A DNA stretch of 64,000 nucleotides from an uncultured Bacilli bacterium (GCA_934122395.1 CAKOWQ010000003.1:37141-101140); one strand, 5' to 3'. Numbered from the stretch's first letter, positions 18,043 through 27,722 are shown. Notes: generated by a model not told the origin, from the sequence alone. Translations and numbers: made by a program.

Positions 18043-18909
18043 ATGGATAGGTTCAATGTTGCCAAAAAGGCGGGTATAATTGGCATTATAGGAAATGCTT
18101 TTTTATTTGTCATTAAAATTATTGTTGCGATATTTAGTAAAAGTCAATCAATGCTTGCTGACTCCGTTAATAGTGCTGGTGATATTTTTGCTTCTTTAAT
18201 GACTTGGATTGGTAATAAAATATCTAGTGTTCCTAATGACGAAGATCATAATTTTGGTCATGGAAAAGCCGAATATTTATTTTCAATGTTCATTAGTATT
18301 TCAATGATGTTAATAGCCATAAAGATGTTATACGATTCAATTTTATCAATTGTACTATCTAATAAATTAAATTTTTCATGGATTTTGATTATTGTGTGTT
18401 TAGTTACTGTTATTGTTAAAATCGCATTATTTATATATACCAAGAAAATATATAATGAAACAGGAAACTTACTAATAAAAGCAAATATGGAAGATCATCG
18501 TAATGACTGTATTATTACATCTTTTACTACTGTAGCTATAATATTAACTAAATATAATATTTATTGGCTTGACGGAGTTGTAGGTGTTGGAATATCAATA
18601 TGGATATTTATAGTAGGATTACAATTATTTAGAGATAGTTATAATGTTTTAATGGATTCATCTATTGATAATAAGTCTAAAGATGTTATTTTAGGCCTTA
18701 TAAAAAATTACCCTGAAATTAAAAGAGTAGGTACTTTGTATTCAATTCCTATAGGATGTAAATATGTTGTAGTTGTCACTGTTTACATGAATGGTAAAAT
18801 GGCTACTATTAAAAGTCATCGTGTGGCTGACAAATTAGAGAAAAAAATTGTAACTGAAATTGATAAGGTAGAAAAAGTAATTGTTCATGTTGAGCCATTT
18901 ATTAAATAA
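18043..18909 (+). CDS. Cation diffusion facilitator family metal efflux transporter
   Basis: Six predicted TM segments. CDF signature regions ADSVNSAGD and DHNFGHGKAEY are present, with a C-terminal cytoplasmic domain. The ATG at 18043 is preferred over the GTG at 18028. Confidence 0.8.
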   Translation: MDRFNVAKKAGIIGIIGNAFLFVIKIIVAIFSKSQSMLADSVNSAGDIFASLMTWIGNKISSVPNDEDHNFGHGKAEYLFSMFISISMMLIAIKMLYDSILSIVLSNKLNFSWILIIVCLVTVIVKIALFIYTKKIYNETGNLLIKANMEDHRNDCIITSFTTVAIILTKYNIYWLDGVVGVGISIWIFIVGLQLFRDSYNVLMDSSIDNKSKDVILGLIKNYPEIKRVGTLYSIPIGCKYVVVVTVYMNGKMATIKSHRVADKLEKKIVTEIDKVEKVIVHVEPFIK

Positions 18910-18951
18910 AAATGCGTTGATATTATAAAATTAAATGTTATAATATCATTA

Positions 18952-19028
18952 GGCCGACTTAGCTCAGTTGGTAGAGCAACTCATTCGTAATGAGTAGGTC
19001 GTAGGTTCAAGTCCTATAGTCGGCACCA
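18952..19028 (+). tRNA. tRNA-Thr (anticodon CGT)
   Basis: Acceptor gccgac.../...gtcggc, D arm agctcagttggtagagc, anticodon stem actca/tgagt with loop tTCGTAa, T loop ttcaagt, encoded CCA. TTGATA-17-TATAAT promoter at 18917-18945. Confidence 0.85.
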
Positions 19029-19279
19029 TTTTTATTAATATAAATGTTAAGATATAAGTAAGATTTTACCAAAATCATTATATTTTTAGTTTAAAAATCT
19101 ACTTTTATCGACTACTTTTTGTGTTTTAATTGAATAGTAGTACAATTTAATTAGAATAAGATATAATTAGAGTCGTTTGACTCTTTTATTTTTGAAATTT
19201 ATGTGAAATTATAGTCGGTTATGAGATTAATTGTAATTTAAAGTGTATAATGAAAATAGTAGTATGAAAGTGTGAATAA

Positions 19280-20794
19280 ATGAATAAAGGTAAAAAATGG
19301 TTTAGGGCTCTATTTAAAAGGCGAGTTCAAGTTGTCATGTTATTAATACTACAAATATTATTAATTGCTTTTTTAATAATTAATGGAAGCAATTATTTAA
19401 TTATAAATATTGGATTAGTAGTTATAAGTATATTAGTTGCGCTTCATGTAGTTGCAAAAGATGATAAGAGTGAATATAAGTTGACATGGGTATTTCTTAT
19501 TTTACTGTTTCCACTTTTTGGAGGATTGTTTTATTTATTATTTAAGTTTCAATCTTCTACTAGAAAATTTACTAAAAGACTGGATAAATTTAGTGATGAA
19601 AATTTAGAACCTAATTATTTTACTAATACTATGTATTGTGATAATCCATTGGTTAGATATCTTACTTGTTATAATAAATTTCCACTATATGATTGCACTA
19701 AAACTACGTATTTAGAAAATGGTCAATTGTTTTATGAGAATCTTTTAGAAGAACTAGAAAAAGCTAAGAAATATATATTTTTAGAGTATTATATTATTGC
19801 TCAAGGTAAAATGTGGAATAGCATTTTTGAAATATTAAAAAGAAAAGTAGAAGAAGGAGTGAAAGTGAGAATTATATATGATGATATGGGATGTTTATTA
19901 CTTTTACCAAATAAATTCGACAAATATTTGAAACAATATGGAATAGAATGTGTAGTGTTCAATCCTTTTAGACCACTTTTAGCTACGATACAGAATAATA
20001 GGGATCATAGAAAAATAGCAGTAATAGATGGAATGGTTGCATTTACTGGTGGAATAAACTTATCAGATGAATATATAAATCCACATTGTAGACTCGGATG
20101 TTGGAAAGATGCTGGAATAAAGTTAGAAGGAAAGGCTGCTTGGACTTTTACTACAATGTTTTTAAAAATGTGGGAAATATCTTGTAATAAAAAAGAAAAC
20201 TATTATGATTACTTTCCATGGAAAAAGAAGAAATGTAATATTTCAACAGATGGATATGTTCAACCATATGCCGATAGTCCACTCGATGGAGAAAATATAA
20301 TTGAACATATATATTTATACATAATTAGTCATGCGAAGAAGTATGTATATATAAATACACCATATTTAATTATAGATGATAACATAATGCAAGCTTTAAA
20401 AATGGCTGCTAAAAGTGGTGTTGATGTAAGAATTGTTGTCCCTCATAAATGGGATAAAAAGTTAGTTCATTTTACTACTAGATCTTATTATCAAACCTTA
20501 ATTAAAGCAGGAATTAAAATTTATGAGTATTCCCTTGGATTTATTCATTCAAAAGTAATTGTATCCGATAATAACATTGCAACTGTTGGAACTGCAAATC
20601 TAGATTTTAGAAGCTTATATTTGAATTTTGAATGTGGTAGTTGTATTTATGATGCTAAATGTATTATGAATATAAAAAAAGATTTTTTATCAACAGTTGA
20701 TGTATCTTTAGAAATAACTTTAGAAGATTGTAAGACGAATTATTTTATAAGAAGTTTACAAGCAATTTGTAGATTATTTGCTCCTTTAATGTAA
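19280..20794 (+). CDS. cls: Cardiolipin synthase
   Basis: Two N-terminal TM helices and two HKD motifs (HRKIAVIDG and HSKVIVSDN). Length about 500 aa. Confidence 0.9.
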   Translation: MNKGKKWFRALFKRRVQVVMLLILQILLIAFLIINGSNYLIINIGLVVISILVALHVVAKDDKSEYKLTWVFLILLFPLFGGLFYLLFKFQSSTRKFTKRLDKFSDENLEPNYFTNTMYCDNPLVRYLTCYNKFPLYDCTKTTYLENGQLFYENLLEELEKAKKYIFLEYYIIAQGKMWNSIFEILKRKVEEGVKVRIIYDDMGCLLLLPNKFDKYLKQYGIECVVFNPFRPLLATIQNNRDHRKIAVIDGMVAFTGGINLSDEYINPHCRLGCWKDAGIKLEGKAAWTFTTMFLKMWEISCNKKENYYDYFPWKKKKCNISTDGYVQPYADSPLDGENIIEHIYLYIISHAKKYVYINTPYLIIDDNIMQALKMAAKSGVDVRIVVPHKWDKKLVHFTTRSYYQTLIKAGIKIYEYSLGFIHSKVIVSDNNIATVGTANLDFRSLYLNFECGSCIYDAKCIMNIKKDFLSTVDVSLEITLEDCKTNYFIRSLQAICRLFAPLM

Positions 20795-20816
20795 ATAGTG
20801 AAAGGTGATGGGAAAA

Positions 20817-22523
20817 ATGTTTAATTTTAGAAAAGAAAAAAATAGTAGTATCAATCTATGGGATAAATACTATAAAGATGAATGGAAAAATGTTAGCTTT
20901 TTTGAAGGCACTGTATATGAAAAAATTAAAGACGTTGCTTTAAAATATCCTAGTAATTATGCACTAGAATACTTTAAGAAAAAATACACATATAAAGAGA
21001 TGTTAAAAGAAATAGATAAGGCTGCTGATTCCTTAATAAGAATTGGGGTAAAAGAAAATGATTATGTAACGATATGTATGGTTAATTGTCCAGAAGCTGT
21101 ATTTAGTTTTTATGCAATTAATAAAATAGGAGCAATTGCAAATATTATTCATCCCTTATCTAGTGAGAATGAAATAAAGCATTATCTTAAAGAAGCTAAA
21201 TCATCATATCTTTTAGTTAGTGATTTCATTTATTACAAAGTTAAAGATTTAAAACTAAAAAAAGTAATAGTAATTCCCATTTCTAATAGTATGAATTTTG
21301 TTACAAAAAGTTTATATAATATTACAACTAAAAAGAAATATAAGGCTAAGGAAATTAGTAAAAATGCTTTGATGTGGAATCAATTCTTAATGCTTAAGAA
21401 AGATGTTCAATACATTTTGCCAAGAAAGAATAAAGATGATGTGGCAGTTGTTTTATATAGTGGTGGAACTACTGGTAGTCCTAAAGGAGTAATGCTAACT
21501 AATTTATGTTTTTCTTCAATTGCTGAATCGTGTGATCTGATGGTTGATGATACAGAAGAAGGTAACAGTATTTTATCTTACTTACCAATATTTCACGGAT
21601 TTGGTCTTGCAATATGTATTCATACACCATTATCTATTGGTATGAAATGTATATTAATTCCTAAAATAAATGTTAAAAAAATAAACAAAATTGTTGAAAA
21701 AACTAAACCTAATTTCTTACCTGTTATTCCTTCAATACTAGAAGTTATGACAAGAGATAAAAGAGCAAGTAAAAAGGCTTTGTCTAGTGTTTTATGTGTA
21801 TTGTCTGGTGGAGATTTTCTAAATTATGATTTAAAGACTAAAACAGAAAAATATTTAAAAGATCATGGTGCTAACGCTGTTATAAGAATAGGATATGGAT
21901 TAACTGAATCAACTGCTGCAACTTGTGTTAGTTTAGTTGAAAACTATGAGAAGGGTAGTATTGGAATTCCATTTCTAAATACTAAATATAAAATAGTTAA
22001 AACTAACACTAATATTACTGCTGATTTTGATGAAATAGGTGAGATATGTATTTCTGGCCCTTCTGTTATGAAAGGTTATTTAAATAATCCTGTTGAGACA
22101 TATAAGACTATAAGAGTACATGATGACGGTATTGCTTGGCTCCATACAGGGGACTTAGGACGTATGGATGAGAATGGTATTTTCTATTTTGAAACAAGAC
22201 TAAAAAGAATGATTATTTCTAACGGATGTAACATATATCCTAATTATTTGGAAGAAATATATAATAAGCATCCTTTAATAGAAAATTCGATTATTGTTGG
22301 AGTACGTGATGAAATAAAGCAACAAGTTGTAAAAGCTATTATTGTATTAAAAAAGAATATAAAACTTACCGAAGAAGTAAAAAATAATATTGTCGAGTAT
22401 GCTAAGAAAAATATCGTTAAATACGCATTACCTAAAGAATATGAGTATGTTGATGATATACCTAAAACATCAATTGGTAAGGTTGACTATAGAAAACTAG
22501 AAAAAGGAAAAGATAAAGAGTAG
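20817..22523 (+). CDS. AMP-dependent acyl-CoA/acyl-ACP ligase, paralog 2
   Basis: Collinear with 4016-5728. Shared blocks include FYAINKIGAIAN.IHPLSSE.EIK.YLKE, YSGGTTGSPKG, GYGLTES, TGDLGRMDENG and PKTSIGKVDYRKLEK. It lies 10-22 nt after cls, so co-transcription is probable. Confidence 0.85.
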   Translation: MFNFRKEKNSSINLWDKYYKDEWKNVSFFEGTVYEKIKDVALKYPSNYALEYFKKKYTYKEMLKEIDKAADSLIRIGVKENDYVTICMVNCPEAVFSFYAINKIGAIANIIHPLSSENEIKHYLKEAKSSYLLVSDFIYYKVKDLKLKKVIVIPISNSMNFVTKSLYNITTKKKYKAKEISKNALMWNQFLMLKKDVQYILPRKNKDDVAVVLYSGGTTGSPKGVMLTNLCFSSIAESCDLMVDDTEEGNSILSYLPIFHGFGLAICIHTPLSIGMKCILIPKINVKKINKIVEKTKPNFLPVIPSILEVMTRDKRASKKALSSVLCVLSGGDFLNYDLKTKTEKYLKDHGANAVIRIGYGLTESTAATCVSLVENYEKGSIGIPFLNTKYKIVKTNTNITADFDEIGEICISGPSVMKGYLNNPVETYKTIRVHDDGIAWLHTGDLGRMDENGIFYFETRLKRMIISNGCNIYPNYLEEIYNKHPLIENSIIVGVRDEIKQQVVKAIIVLKKNIKLTEEVKNNIVEYAKKNIVKYALPKEYEYVDDIPKTSIGKVDYRKLEKGKDKE

Positions 22524-22553
22524 CAATACTCTTTTTTTGAAAATTACATGAAA

Positions 22554-22580
22554 TTTAGCAATCTTTATTGACAACTGCTA
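22554..22580 (+). promoter_or_regulatory. CIRCE-like inverted repeat overlapping the htpG promoter
   Basis: TTAGCAatc-N9-aacTGCTAA has the same 27-nt geometry as the CIRCE consensus TTAGCACTC-N9-GAGTGCTAA. It overlaps TTGACA (22567-22572), then a 17-nt spacer, then TATATT (22590-22595). Confidence 0.45.
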
Positions 22581-22625
22581 ACAAGAGGACTATATTATGT
22601 TATGTACATAAAGGAAGGGATATAA

Positions 22626-24518
22626 ATGAAAAAGAAAGAATTTAAAGCTGAGTCTAAAAAACTTATGGACTTAATGATTAATTCTATTTATACAAATAAG
22701 GAAATATTTTTAAGAGAAGTTATTTCTAATGCTAGTGATGCAATAGATAAATTACATTACATGTCTTTAACTGATAAAAATATTGATATTGATAAGGATA
22801 AATTAGCAATTAATATTAAAATAGATAAAGATAATAGAACATTAATTATTAGTGATAATGGTATTGGTATGACTAGTGAAGAGCTAGAAACTAATTTAGG
22901 TACTATTGCCAAGAGCGGTTCGCTAGATTTTAAGAATAATAATGAACATAAAGAAAACATTGATATTATTGGACAATTTGGTGTTGGTTTTTATTCATCA
23001 TTTATGGTTGCCAACAAGGTAGATGTTATTTCTCGAAAATATGGAACTGATGAAGCTTATAAATGGACATCTAGTGGTGTAGATGGCTATGCTATTACTA
23101 AAGATTCTAGAGATAATTATGGTACTTCAGTAGTATTACATATTAAAGAAGATACCGAAGATGATAATTACAGTAAATACTTGGATGAACATGAAATAAT
23201 CGCACTAGTTAAAAAATATAGTGATTATATTACTTATCCAATTATGATGGAAGTAGAACATAGTCATTTAAAGGAAAAGAAAGATAAAGATGATAAAGAT
23301 GAGTATGAAAATGTAAGAGAACTAGAAGTAATAAATTCGTTAATTCCAATATGGAAACGTGATAAAAATAAAATTAAAGATGAAGAATATGATACTTTCT
23401 ATTCTGATAAGTTCTTTGATTATGAAAAACCTTTAGCAAGAATTCATACTAAAGCAGAAGGTACAGTTGAATATAATTCACTTATATATATTCCATCACA
23501 TGCTCCATTTGATTACTATACAAAAGAGTACGAAAAAGGACTTCAATTATATTCGAATGGAGTTCTTATAATGGAGAAATGTTCAGATTTATTACCTGAT
23601 TATTATAGCTTTGTAAAAGGTGTTGTTGATACTCCTGATTTAGCACTTAATATATCTCGTGAGACTTTACAACAAAATAGAATTTTAAAAACTATTGCAA
23701 ATTCAATTGAGACAAAAATTAAAAAAGAACTAGAAGATATGCGTGATAATAGACGTTCTGATTATGAGAAGTTTTATAACAGTTTCGGAATGCAATTAAA
23801 ATATGGTATCTATAGTAGTTACGGAATGAATAATGATAAATTAAAAGATCTAATCATGTTTACATCATCAAAAGATAATAAGTTAGTAACATTAGATGAA
23901 TATGTAAAAGATATGAAAGAAGATCAAAAGAGTATTTATTATGCATGTGGTGAGTCGGTTGCTAAAATAAATATGTTACCACAAGTTGAAAGTGTAATAG
24001 ATAAAGGATATGATGTTTTATACTGTACTGATTACATTGATGAATTTACTATTATGATGTTACAAAATTATAATGGAAAAGAATTCAAAAATGTATGTGG
24101 TGATGACTTAGATATAGATACAAAAGAAGAGAAAGAATCATTAAATACTAAGAATAGTGAAGCTAAAGACATGTTTAGTGTAATGATGGAAGCTATTCCA
24201 GAAGTGAAAGGAATTAAGTTTACTAACAAATTAAAAAATCATCCAGTATGTTTAAGCAGTGAAGGTGAAGTTTCTGTTGAAATGGAAAAAACAATGAAGA
24301 ACATGCCTTTTGAGAATAGTGTTAAAGCTAATAAGATTCTAGAAATAAATGAAAATCATGATATTGCTAAGAAACTTAATGATTTATATAAGAAAGATAA
24401 AGAACAATTAAAAGAATATGCTAAGATACTTTATGCAGAAGCAAGAATAATTGAAGGATTAACTATTGACAATCCTACTGAGATTAGTAACTTAATCTGT
24501 GAATATTTATCTAAATAA
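22626..24518 (+). CDS. htpG: Molecular chaperone HtpG (Hsp90)
   Basis: REVISNASDAIDK, DNGIGMT, GQFGVGFYSSFMVA and LNISRETLQQN. Length 630 aa. Confidence 0.95.
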   Translation: MKKKEFKAESKKLMDLMINSIYTNKEIFLREVISNASDAIDKLHYMSLTDKNIDIDKDKLAINIKIDKDNRTLIISDNGIGMTSEELETNLGTIAKSGSLDFKNNNEHKENIDIIGQFGVGFYSSFMVANKVDVISRKYGTDEAYKWTSSGVDGYAITKDSRDNYGTSVVLHIKEDTEDDNYSKYLDEHEIIALVKKYSDYITYPIMMEVEHSHLKEKKDKDDKDEYENVRELEVINSLIPIWKRDKNKIKDEEYDTFYSDKFFDYEKPLARIHTKAEGTVEYNSLIYIPSHAPFDYYTKEYEKGLQLYSNGVLIMEKCSDLLPDYYSFVKGVVDTPDLALNISRETLQQNRILKTIANSIETKIKKELEDMRDNRRSDYEKFYNSFGMQLKYGIYSSYGMNNDKLKDLIMFTSSKDNKLVTLDEYVKDMKEDQKSIYYACGESVAKINMLPQVESVIDKGYDVLYCTDYIDEFTIMMLQNYNGKEFKNVCGDDLDIDTKEEKESLNTKNSEAKDMFSVMMEAIPEVKGIKFTNKLKNHPVCLSSEGEVSVEMEKTMKNMPFENSVKANKILEINENHDIAKKLNDLYKKDKEQLKEYAKILYAEARIIEGLTIDNPTEISNLICEYLSK

Positions 24519-24538
24519 AGAACTTCGGTTCTTTTTTT
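24518..24538 (+). terminator. Rho-independent terminator after htpG
   Basis: aagaac-ttcg-gttctt followed by a T-run. Confidence 0.8.
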
Positions 24539-24584
24539 GTTACATTTTTTTCCTTTTTACATAAATTAGAGTAGAGGGGATATT

Positions 24585-25676
24585 GTGAGTAAAAAATATA
24601 AAGTTTATGTTTATGCTATTACTAAGAATGAAGAGAAATTTGTATCACGTTGGGTTGAATCAATGAGTGAAGCTGATGCTATATATGTTTTAGATACTGG
24701 TTCTAGTGATGATACTGTAAATAAATTAAAAGAGTTAGGAGTTAATGTAGTTCAAGAAGTAATTGTTCCATGGCGCTTTGATGTAGCAAGGAACAAATCG
24801 TTAGAATTAGTACCAAGTGATGCTAGTATATGTGTATGTACTGATTTAGATGAAGTGTTTGAAAAAGGTTGGCGAGAAAAATTAGAACAAAATTGGAAAG
24901 ATGATACTACTAGAGCAAGTTATAATTATAATTGGAGTTTTGATGAACATGACAATCCAAGTGTCAACTTCTATATAGAAAAAATCCATAGTCGTAATGA
25001 TTATAAATGGACACATCCAGTACATGAAGTTTTAGAGTATATTGGAAATAAAAAGGAAGAAAAAGTAGTGATAGATAATATTACACTAAATCATTATCCG
25101 GATAAAAATAAATCAAGAAGTTCTTATCTACCTTTATTAGAATTGTCGGTTGAAGAAGATCCAACCGATGATAGAAATATGCATTATTTAGGTAGAGAAT
25201 ATATGTATTATGGCAAATGGAATGATGCAATAGATACACTGATAAAGCACTTGTCCTTACCTAAAGCAACGTGGCGTGATGAAAGATGTGCTTCAATGAG
25301 ATTTATTGCTAGATGTTATATTAATTTAGGTAGATATAATGAAGCAGAAATGTGGCTTGATAAAGCAATAGAAGAAGCACCTTATTTAAGGGATCCTTAT
25401 ATGGAAATGGCACTTTTAAAATATAGATTATCTAATTGGGATGATGTGATTAGTTATTGTAATAAAGCACTTTCTATAGAAAAACATACTAAATCTTATA
25501 TAAATGAACCTTTTAGTTGGGATTATACGGTATATGATTTATTGTCTATTGCATTTTATTATAAAAAGAATTATCAAGAATCTCTTAAAAATGTCGATAT
25601 AGCACTTTCGATGAAACCAAACGATGAGCGACTTTTAAAAAACAAGGAAATTATAACTAAAGAAATTAAAATCTAG
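24585..25676 (+). CDS. Family 2 glycosyltransferase-like N-domain fused to C-terminal TPR repeats
   Basis: VYAITKNEEKFV...LDTGSSDDT...TDLDE is a GT-A DxD-type fold. The C-terminal half has TPR-like periodicity (YLGREYMYYGKWNDAIDTL..., ARCYINLGRYNEAEMWLDKAIE...). GTG start with SD gagggga. Confidence 0.6.
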   Translation: MSKKYKVYVYAITKNEEKFVSRWVESMSEADAIYVLDTGSSDDTVNKLKELGVNVVQEVIVPWRFDVARNKSLELVPSDASICVCTDLDEVFEKGWREKLEQNWKDDTTRASYNYNWSFDEHDNPSVNFYIEKIHSRNDYKWTHPVHEVLEYIGNKKEEKVVIDNITLNHYPDKNKSRSSYLPLLELSVEEDPTDDRNMHYLGREYMYYGKWNDAIDTLIKHLSLPKATWRDERCASMRFIARCYINLGRYNEAEMWLDKAIEEAPYLRDPYMEMALLKYRLSNWDDVISYCNKALSIEKHTKSYINEPFSWDYTVYDLLSIAFYYKKNYQESLKNVDIALSMKPNDERLLKNKEIITKEIKI

Positions 25677-25793
25677 CAATAGATTTTTTTTATTTATTAA
25701 ATAAATAAAAAAGGGTATGTTCATATTGAATTTTTTTTGTTATAATTACACTAGGGTATCGTAGAAATACGAAAGAATAAAGGGGCGCTCAAT

Positions 25794-27230
25794 ATGAAAA
25801 ATTTAATAGGTAATGATTGGAGAGATTCCTCTAATTTAAATGTTATAGAGGTAAAAAATCCTGCTACTGGTAGTTTAATCGATACAATTCCTAATTCAAC
25901 TGTTGATGATGTTGTTTTAACTGTTAACTTGGCCAAGACAGCTCAAGTTAAATGGGAAGCAACACCATTACATGAACGTGCTGAGATACTAGTTAAATTT
26001 GCTAAATTATTGAAGGAAGAAAAAGAAGATTTAGCAAATATTTTATCAGAGGAAAGTGGGAAAGCACTAAAGGAATCAATAGAAGAATTAGAATATTTGA
26101 GTGAATCAGTATTATTAACGGTAGAGGGAGCTAAACATTTATATGGTACAGCTATTCCTGGTGGAGTTGAAAAATCTTTATCGGACTCTTTACAATTTTC
26201 TACTAGAGAGCCACTTGGGGTTGTAGGAGTTATTTTGCCATATAATTTCAGAATGGATTTGTTAGCTCAAAAAATAATTAGTGCATTAATTATGGGAAAT
26301 GCTGTTATAGTAAAACCTTCTAAGAAAACACCTTTAGCTATTACTAAAATTGTTTATATGTTAAGACAAGCAGGAGTTTATGAAAGTGTTGTTCAAGTAA
26401 TCCATGGTGATGGTAAAACAGTAGGACAAGCTATAGCAATGCACCCTGATGTTAGTTTAATATCATTTAATGGCTCAACTGCTAATGGTATTAGAGTTAT
26501 GGGAACATGTGCTAAGAACTTGAGTAAGCCTCTATTAAGTTTAGGTGGAAATAATGCTTTTATCTTATGCAAAGATGCTGATGTTGATTTAGCAGTAGAA
26601 GAAGTTGCAAAAAGTAGATTTTACAATGCTGGTCAATTAAATACATCTAATAAAAGATTTATCGTTCACTCTTCATTAAAAGAAGAATTTATTAATAAAT
26701 TAATAAGAAAAATAGGATCGATCAAACTTGGAATTCCTACTGATAAAGATACTGATTTAGGTTGCTTAATTAGTGAAGCAGCTGCTGAAAAAGTAGAAAA
26801 ACAAGTAAATGATATGATAAAAGTTGGAGCTAAACTAGTAATTGGTGGTAGAAGAAATGGTGCTTTCTATGAACCAACAATAATATCAGATGTTCATCCT
26901 AATATGCCAGTTGCAACTAATTTAGATATTTTAGGACCAGTGGTATCTATTATTGAGTTTGAAAGTTTGAATGATGCTATTAATATAGCTAATTCATCTG
27001 CTTATGGTAATGCTACTAGTGTATTTACAAGAAATACTAAGATCGCTATGAAAGTAGCTTCTCTAATAAAGAGCAGTATGGTAGTTATAAACGGTGGTAC
27101 TCAAAATCAAGTTATGGAAATAACAAGAGATGGATGCAAGTATTCAGGATTAGGTAAAGAGGGTATAAAAGGTTCTTTAGAAGAAATGTCTAAAGTTAAG
27201 GCTATAGTGTTAAAGGATGTATTAAACTAG
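25794..27230 (+). CDS. Aldehyde dehydrogenase superfamily protein lacking the catalytic Glu and Cys (probable pseudoenzyme)
   Basis: Full-length ALDH architecture: PLGVVGVILPYNF, VKPSKKTP, FNGST, GPV..IIEF. The ELGG box reads LSLGG (Ser249, nt 26538-26540). The GQxC box reads GQLN (Asn283, nt 26640-26642). The spacing between the two positions is the canonical 34 residues. Confidence 0.8.
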   Translation: MKNLIGNDWRDSSNLNVIEVKNPATGSLIDTIPNSTVDDVVLTVNLAKTAQVKWEATPLHERAEILVKFAKLLKEEKEDLANILSEESGKALKESIEELEYLSESVLLTVEGAKHLYGTAIPGGVEKSLSDSLQFSTREPLGVVGVILPYNFRMDLLAQKIISALIMGNAVIVKPSKKTPLAITKIVYMLRQAGVYESVVQVIHGDGKTVGQAIAMHPDVSLISFNGSTANGIRVMGTCAKNLSKPLLSLGGNNAFILCKDADVDLAVEEVAKSRFYNAGQLNTSNKRFIVHSSLKEEFINKLIRKIGSIKLGIPTDKDTDLGCLISEAAAEKVEKQVNDMIKVGAKLVIGGRRNGAFYEPTIISDVHPNMPVATNLDILGPVVSIIEFESLNDAINIANSSAYGNATSVFTRNTKIAMKVASLIKSSMVVINGGTQNQVMEITRDGCKYSGLGKEGIKGSLEEMSKVKAIVLKDVLN

Positions 27231-27722
27231 TAATTGCCCTAAACTGATTATTGTAAAAATTATGTCAATGATAAACAAAAGTATCAAAATCCAAGTAATG
27301 AATTTTGGTATTTTTTTTATTATTTTGTCCAAGAAAGGCATTAAGATATATATAACTAAAATACTAGCAAGTCCCCAAATTAAACTCATTTTAAGAGAAG
27401 CATATTTACCAATATTAAATTTTTGATATGAATAATCCCAAAAGACTCTGCCATATAATTTTTCTATTAGTGTTCCACCAATATATTCTATAGTAGACAA
27501 AAAAACAGCAGATAAGATAAATAAAATAACTGGATGAATGTATTTATTAATTTTAAGCTTTTTTAAAACGTTATTTATACCAATAATAACTAATGTTCCT
27601 ATCCCATATATAGGTGTCCATGGTCCTAACAAAATTCCACTATCAACATGAACATATATAAAATTTTCTATTATGTGGCCTAGAATAGATAAAAGGAAAA
27701 ATATATTTAAATAATAGTACAT
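27222..27722 (-). CDS. Polytopic membrane protein (CmpB/DUF1113-like)
   Basis: Five or six hydrophobic helices. The N-terminus MYYYLNIFFLLSILGHIIENF...GPWTPIYG resembles the family often named putative ABC-transporter type IV. The assignment is from memory. Confidence 0.5.
   Translation of the reverse strand: MYYYLNIFFLLSILGHIIENFIYVHVDSGILLGPWTPIYGIGTLVIIGINNVLKKLKINKYIHPVILFILSAVFLSTIEYIGGTLIEKLYGRVFWDYSYQKFNIGKYASLKMSLIWGLASILVIYILMPFLDKIIKKIPKFITWILILLFIIDIIFTIISLGQLLV

Noticed and set aside
19911-19925. A TTCGACA (0A-box-like) heptamer inside the cls coding sequence.
   Set aside because: It is a single occurrence within a CDS, encoding part of NKFDKY. It is expected by chance in AT-rich DNA and lacks the phased triplet arrangement seen at 50852-50878.
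25751-25936. Short antisense or overlapping ORFs in the second half of the window: 25751-25936(-), 31167-31430(-), 36690-36896(-), 37787-38020(-), 40013-40288(-), 44784-45074(-), 45044-45262(-), 46457-46669(+), 47228-47497(+), 49404-49586(-), 50403-50627(-), 50775-50969(-), 52293-52643(-), 52934-53341(-), 54706-54900(-), 55442-55657(+) and 56847-57050(-).
   Set aside because: The reasoning is the same. They are shadow ORFs of confidently assigned genes or span intergenic terminators. They have no ribosome-binding sites and no recognisable motifs.
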